A DNA stretch of 64,000 bases. It comes from an uncultured Chloroflexia bacterium (GTDB lineage Bacteria; Chloroflexota; Limnocylindria; Limnocylindrales; CSP1-4). The position numbers were made by a program, and so were the translations under genes. Position 1 is the first letter of the stretch. Every line of letters starts with the position of its first letter. The stretch spans positions 467,591-531,590 of the forward strand of contig CAVVCZ010000005.1 of assembly GCA_963746845.1 (NCBI GenBank), in the 5' to 3' direction. The notes beneath the pieces are model-generated. The model saw nothing but the letters and a program-made list of their open reading frames with translations, was not told where the DNA came from and ran no database searches. Of the stretch, positions 61,032 to 64,000 are shown one piece after another.

Positions 61032-62401
61032 GTGGTGACCCGGATCCGCGAGCCGGCCCGATCGGTCGACGTCATCCACGAGACGGACGTGCTCGTCGTC
61101 GGCAGCGGACCCGGTGGGCTGTCGGCGGCGCTCGCCGCGGCCCGCGCCGGCGCCGCGACCACGCTCCTCGATCGCTACGGCTGCTTCGGCGGGAACATGA
61201 CCCAGGTCGGCGTCGAGAGCATCGGCTGGTACCGCCACGAGCAGACGGTCGAGGCGGACGGCATCGGCCGCGAGCTCGAGGAGCGGGCGGCGGCGATGGG
61301 CGCGGCGAACCCCGAGAGCCAGTCGCTGAGCATGGGGATCGACGGCGAGCGGTTCAAGTTCGTCGCCGACGTGCTCGTCGAGGAGGCCGGCATCACCCCG
61401 ATGCTCCACCGCCTGGCCGTGCAGCCGATCGTCGAGGACGGGGCGATCCGGGGCGTCATCACCGAGAGCAAGTCGGGCCGCGAGGCGGTGCTCGCGAAGC
61501 GGGTCGTCGACGCCACCGGTGACGCCGACCTGGCCGCGCGGGCCGGGGCGCCGGTGCGCAAGACGCCGCGCGAGCAGATGCTCGCCGCGTCGGTGATGTT
61601 CTCGATGACCGGCGTGAACAAGGGCAGGTTCCTCGACGAGGTCAAGGCCGATCCGCAGACGTACCGGGACTGGGCAGGCAACGCCGAGTGGGACATCGAG
61701 ACCACCGGCAAGGAGGACGAGCTCTTCTCGCCGTTCCTCCGGAAGCCCTTCAAGAAGGCCGTCGAGGAAGGGCTGATCCCGCCCGGCCTGATCACGCTGG
61801 CCGGGACGTGGGGAACGATCCGGACCGACCAGGGCGACCTGACCTACCTGAACCTCGTCCACCTGTCGGAGGTCGACGGGACGAGCGCGGACGACCTGAC
61901 CCGCGGCGAGATCGAGGGCCGCCAGCAGGCGATGCAGGCGATCAAGGCGCTGCGGGCGTTCATGCCGGGCTGCGAGGACGCGAAGCTTCGCAACTTCGGG
62001 ATGACGATCGGGATCCGGGACACGAGGAAGATCGAGGCCCTGTACGACCTCACCGGCGACGACGTCCGCGAGCAGGGACGGTTCGAGGACTCGATCGGGA
62101 TCTTTCCCGAGTTCATCGACGGCTACGGGATCCTGATCCTGCCGACGACCGGCCGCTACTACCAGGTCCCCTACCGGTCGCTCGTGCCGAAGGGGTCGCG
62201 AACCTCATCGTCGCCGGGCGGTCGATCGGCGGCGACAAGGTGTCGCACGCGTCGACCCGGAACATGATGTGCTGCACGGTCAGCGGCCAGGGCGCGGGCG
62301 TCGCCGCGGCCCTCTCGGTCCGGACCGATCGGCCGTTCGACCGGCTCGACGTCGGGCCCGTCCAGACCGAGCTGCGCCGGCAGGGCGTCCGCCTCGACTG
62401 A
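61032..62401 (+). CDS. FAD-dependent oxidoreductase, frameshift near 62193
   Basis: DVLVVGSGPGG, VDATGDAD, YQVPYRSLVP; continues VANLIVAGRSI...GQGAGVAAA in shifted frame. Confidence 0.85.
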
Positions 62402-62425
62402 ACCCCGGAAATGGCCTCGAGGGCC

Positions 62426-64000
62426 TCAGTCGCCGAAGAGCTTCTGGACCTCGAGCAGGCCGTCGGCGAGGCGATCGATGTCGTCGCGGGTCGTGTAGAC
62501 GCTGAAGCTTGCCCGGGCGGTGGCCGCGAGATCGAGCCGCTCGTGGAGGGGCATCGTGCAATGGTGCCCGGCGCGGACCGCGATCCCGAACCGATCGAGG
62601 ACCTGGGCGACGTCGTGCGGGTGGATGCCCGGCAGGTTGAACGGGACGACGCCGCCGCGCTTGTCCGGGTCGAGCGGGCCGTACAGCTCGATCGCCGGGA
62701 TCCGGGCCGGCAGCGTCTCGAGCGCGTACGCGACGAGCGCTCGTTCGTGCTCGCGCACCGCGTCCATCCCGATCTGCATCAGGTACTCCGCCGCCACGCC
62801 GAGCCCGATCGCGTCGCCGACGGCCGGGGTCCCGGCCTCGAACTTCCACGGGATGTCATTCCAGTCCGAGCGACGGAGATGGACCTCGCGGATCATCTCC
62901 CCGCCGGCGAGGAACGGCGGCATCGCCTCGAGCAGCTCGCGCCGGGCCCACAGGGCGCCGGAGCCCATCGGGGCCAGCATCTTGTGACCGCTGAACGCGT
63001 AGAAGTCGGCACCGAGCTCCTGGACGTCGACCGGAACGTGCGGGACGGCCTGGGCCCCGTCGACGAGGACGAGGGCGCCGGCGGCGTGGGCCATCTCGAC
63101 CATCTCGCGGACCGGGTTGATCGTGCCGAGCGTGTTCGAGACGTGGGTGAACGCGACGAGCTTCGGGCGGAGCTTCAGCAGGACCTCGAACACGTCGAGG
63201 CGGAGGAGCCCGTCGTCGGTGATCGGGATGAACTCCAGGTCGCCGTCCCGCTCCTGGACGAGAAGCTGCCACGGGACGAGGTTGGCGTGGTGCTCCATCT
63301 CGGTCAGGACGATGGCGTCGCCGCGCGAGATGTTCGTCCGGCCCCACGAGTAGGCGACCAGGTTGATCGCCTCCGTCGCATTGCGGGTGAAGATCACCTC
63401 GTGGGCGTCCGGCGCGTTGATGAACCGGGCGACCCTCGCCCGGGCCCGCTCGTACTCGGCCGTCGACCTTCTCGCCGATCGTGTAGATCCCGCGGTGGAC
63501 GTTCGCGTTGTACTCGCGGTAGTAGGTGTCGATCGCGTCGATCACGACCTGCGGCTTCTGGCTCGATGACGCGGAGTCCAGGTAGATGAGCGGGTGGCCG
63601 TTGATCTCCTGGGCGAGGATCGGGAAGTCGCGCCGGAGCGCGACCGGATCCAACCGGGTGGCGTCGGCGCGCGGGACATCGAAGGTGACCGTCAGATCGG
63701 TCAGATCCTCCCCTCGATGGCCGAGCCGGATCGTCCCGGTCTTCCCGGTGTCGTGCCAGGCGAAGCGAGCGACGATCGTCTGGTCGTCGGGCTTGGTGGT
63801 CGACAGCACGTCGATCGTGTCGTCGGGCGGATGGTCGCGGTAGGCCTGGGCGATGGCGTCGCGACCGTGGAATGGGCCGAACGGCAGGCTCACGAACGTC
63901 GCGGTTGCGTCCTCGGTGAAGTGGCCGACCATGTCACCGAAGTCGCCCGACCGGACGCCCGGGTTGAAGCGTTCGACGTGCGCGGCGAACAGCGGCGCGA
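62426..64000 (-). CDS. sufS: Cysteine desulfurase SufS with in-frame N-terminal SnoaL/NTF2-like domain; frameshift near 63467; 5' end off window
   Basis: [36 protein letters not shown]; upstream HVERFN...[19 protein letters not shown] with no intervening stop. Confidence 0.85.

Noticed and set aside
62185-62200. Programmed ribosomal frameshift at aagggg
   Set aside because: No canonical slippery heptamer; a homopolymer sequencing error is simpler
1-64000. tRNA, rRNA, prophage or integrase genes
   Set aside because: None recognised; intergenic gaps are short and lack the characteristic motifs

Overview
A high-GC (roughly 70% by eye), densely coding bacterial window. Gene content and style suggest a soil or freshwater Chloroflexota (Limnocylindria-like) or actinobacteria-like genome; this taxonomy is inference only. 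Metabolic content: phenylacetate catabolism (paaR-A-B-C-D-H, separate paaF/paaG), acyl-ACP desaturase, glycosyltransferase, fumC, a gamma-glutamylation amine-catabolism set, ppgK, purE, a nucleoside hydrolase with a QrtT-like ECF transporter, a sufU-moeZ-cysO-cysM-mec sulfur-relay operon, a Pot-like ABC transporter and sufS. Signalling and stress content: a SARP/BTAD-nSTAND1-TM-BMP one-component regulator, a HipA-like kinase/DUF3037 pair, a sodC-padR-membrane tandem module, a nine-GAF hybrid kinase/cyclase/Hpt phosphorelay and a K+ channel. No rRNA, tRNA, CRISPR array or classical transposase was seen. The most notable signal is an XRE-HTH + PD-(D/E)xK-like nuclease gene bracketed by two diverged ~140-bp direct repeats, each carrying terminal inverted repeats (40858-41878). 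Other highlights are a KamB/NpmA-like aminoglycoside-resistance methyltransferase with a stop at codon 16, an apparent SnoaL-SufS fusion, clear operator motifs and widespread leaderless-type promoters. Four single-base frameshifts suggest long-read indel errors.
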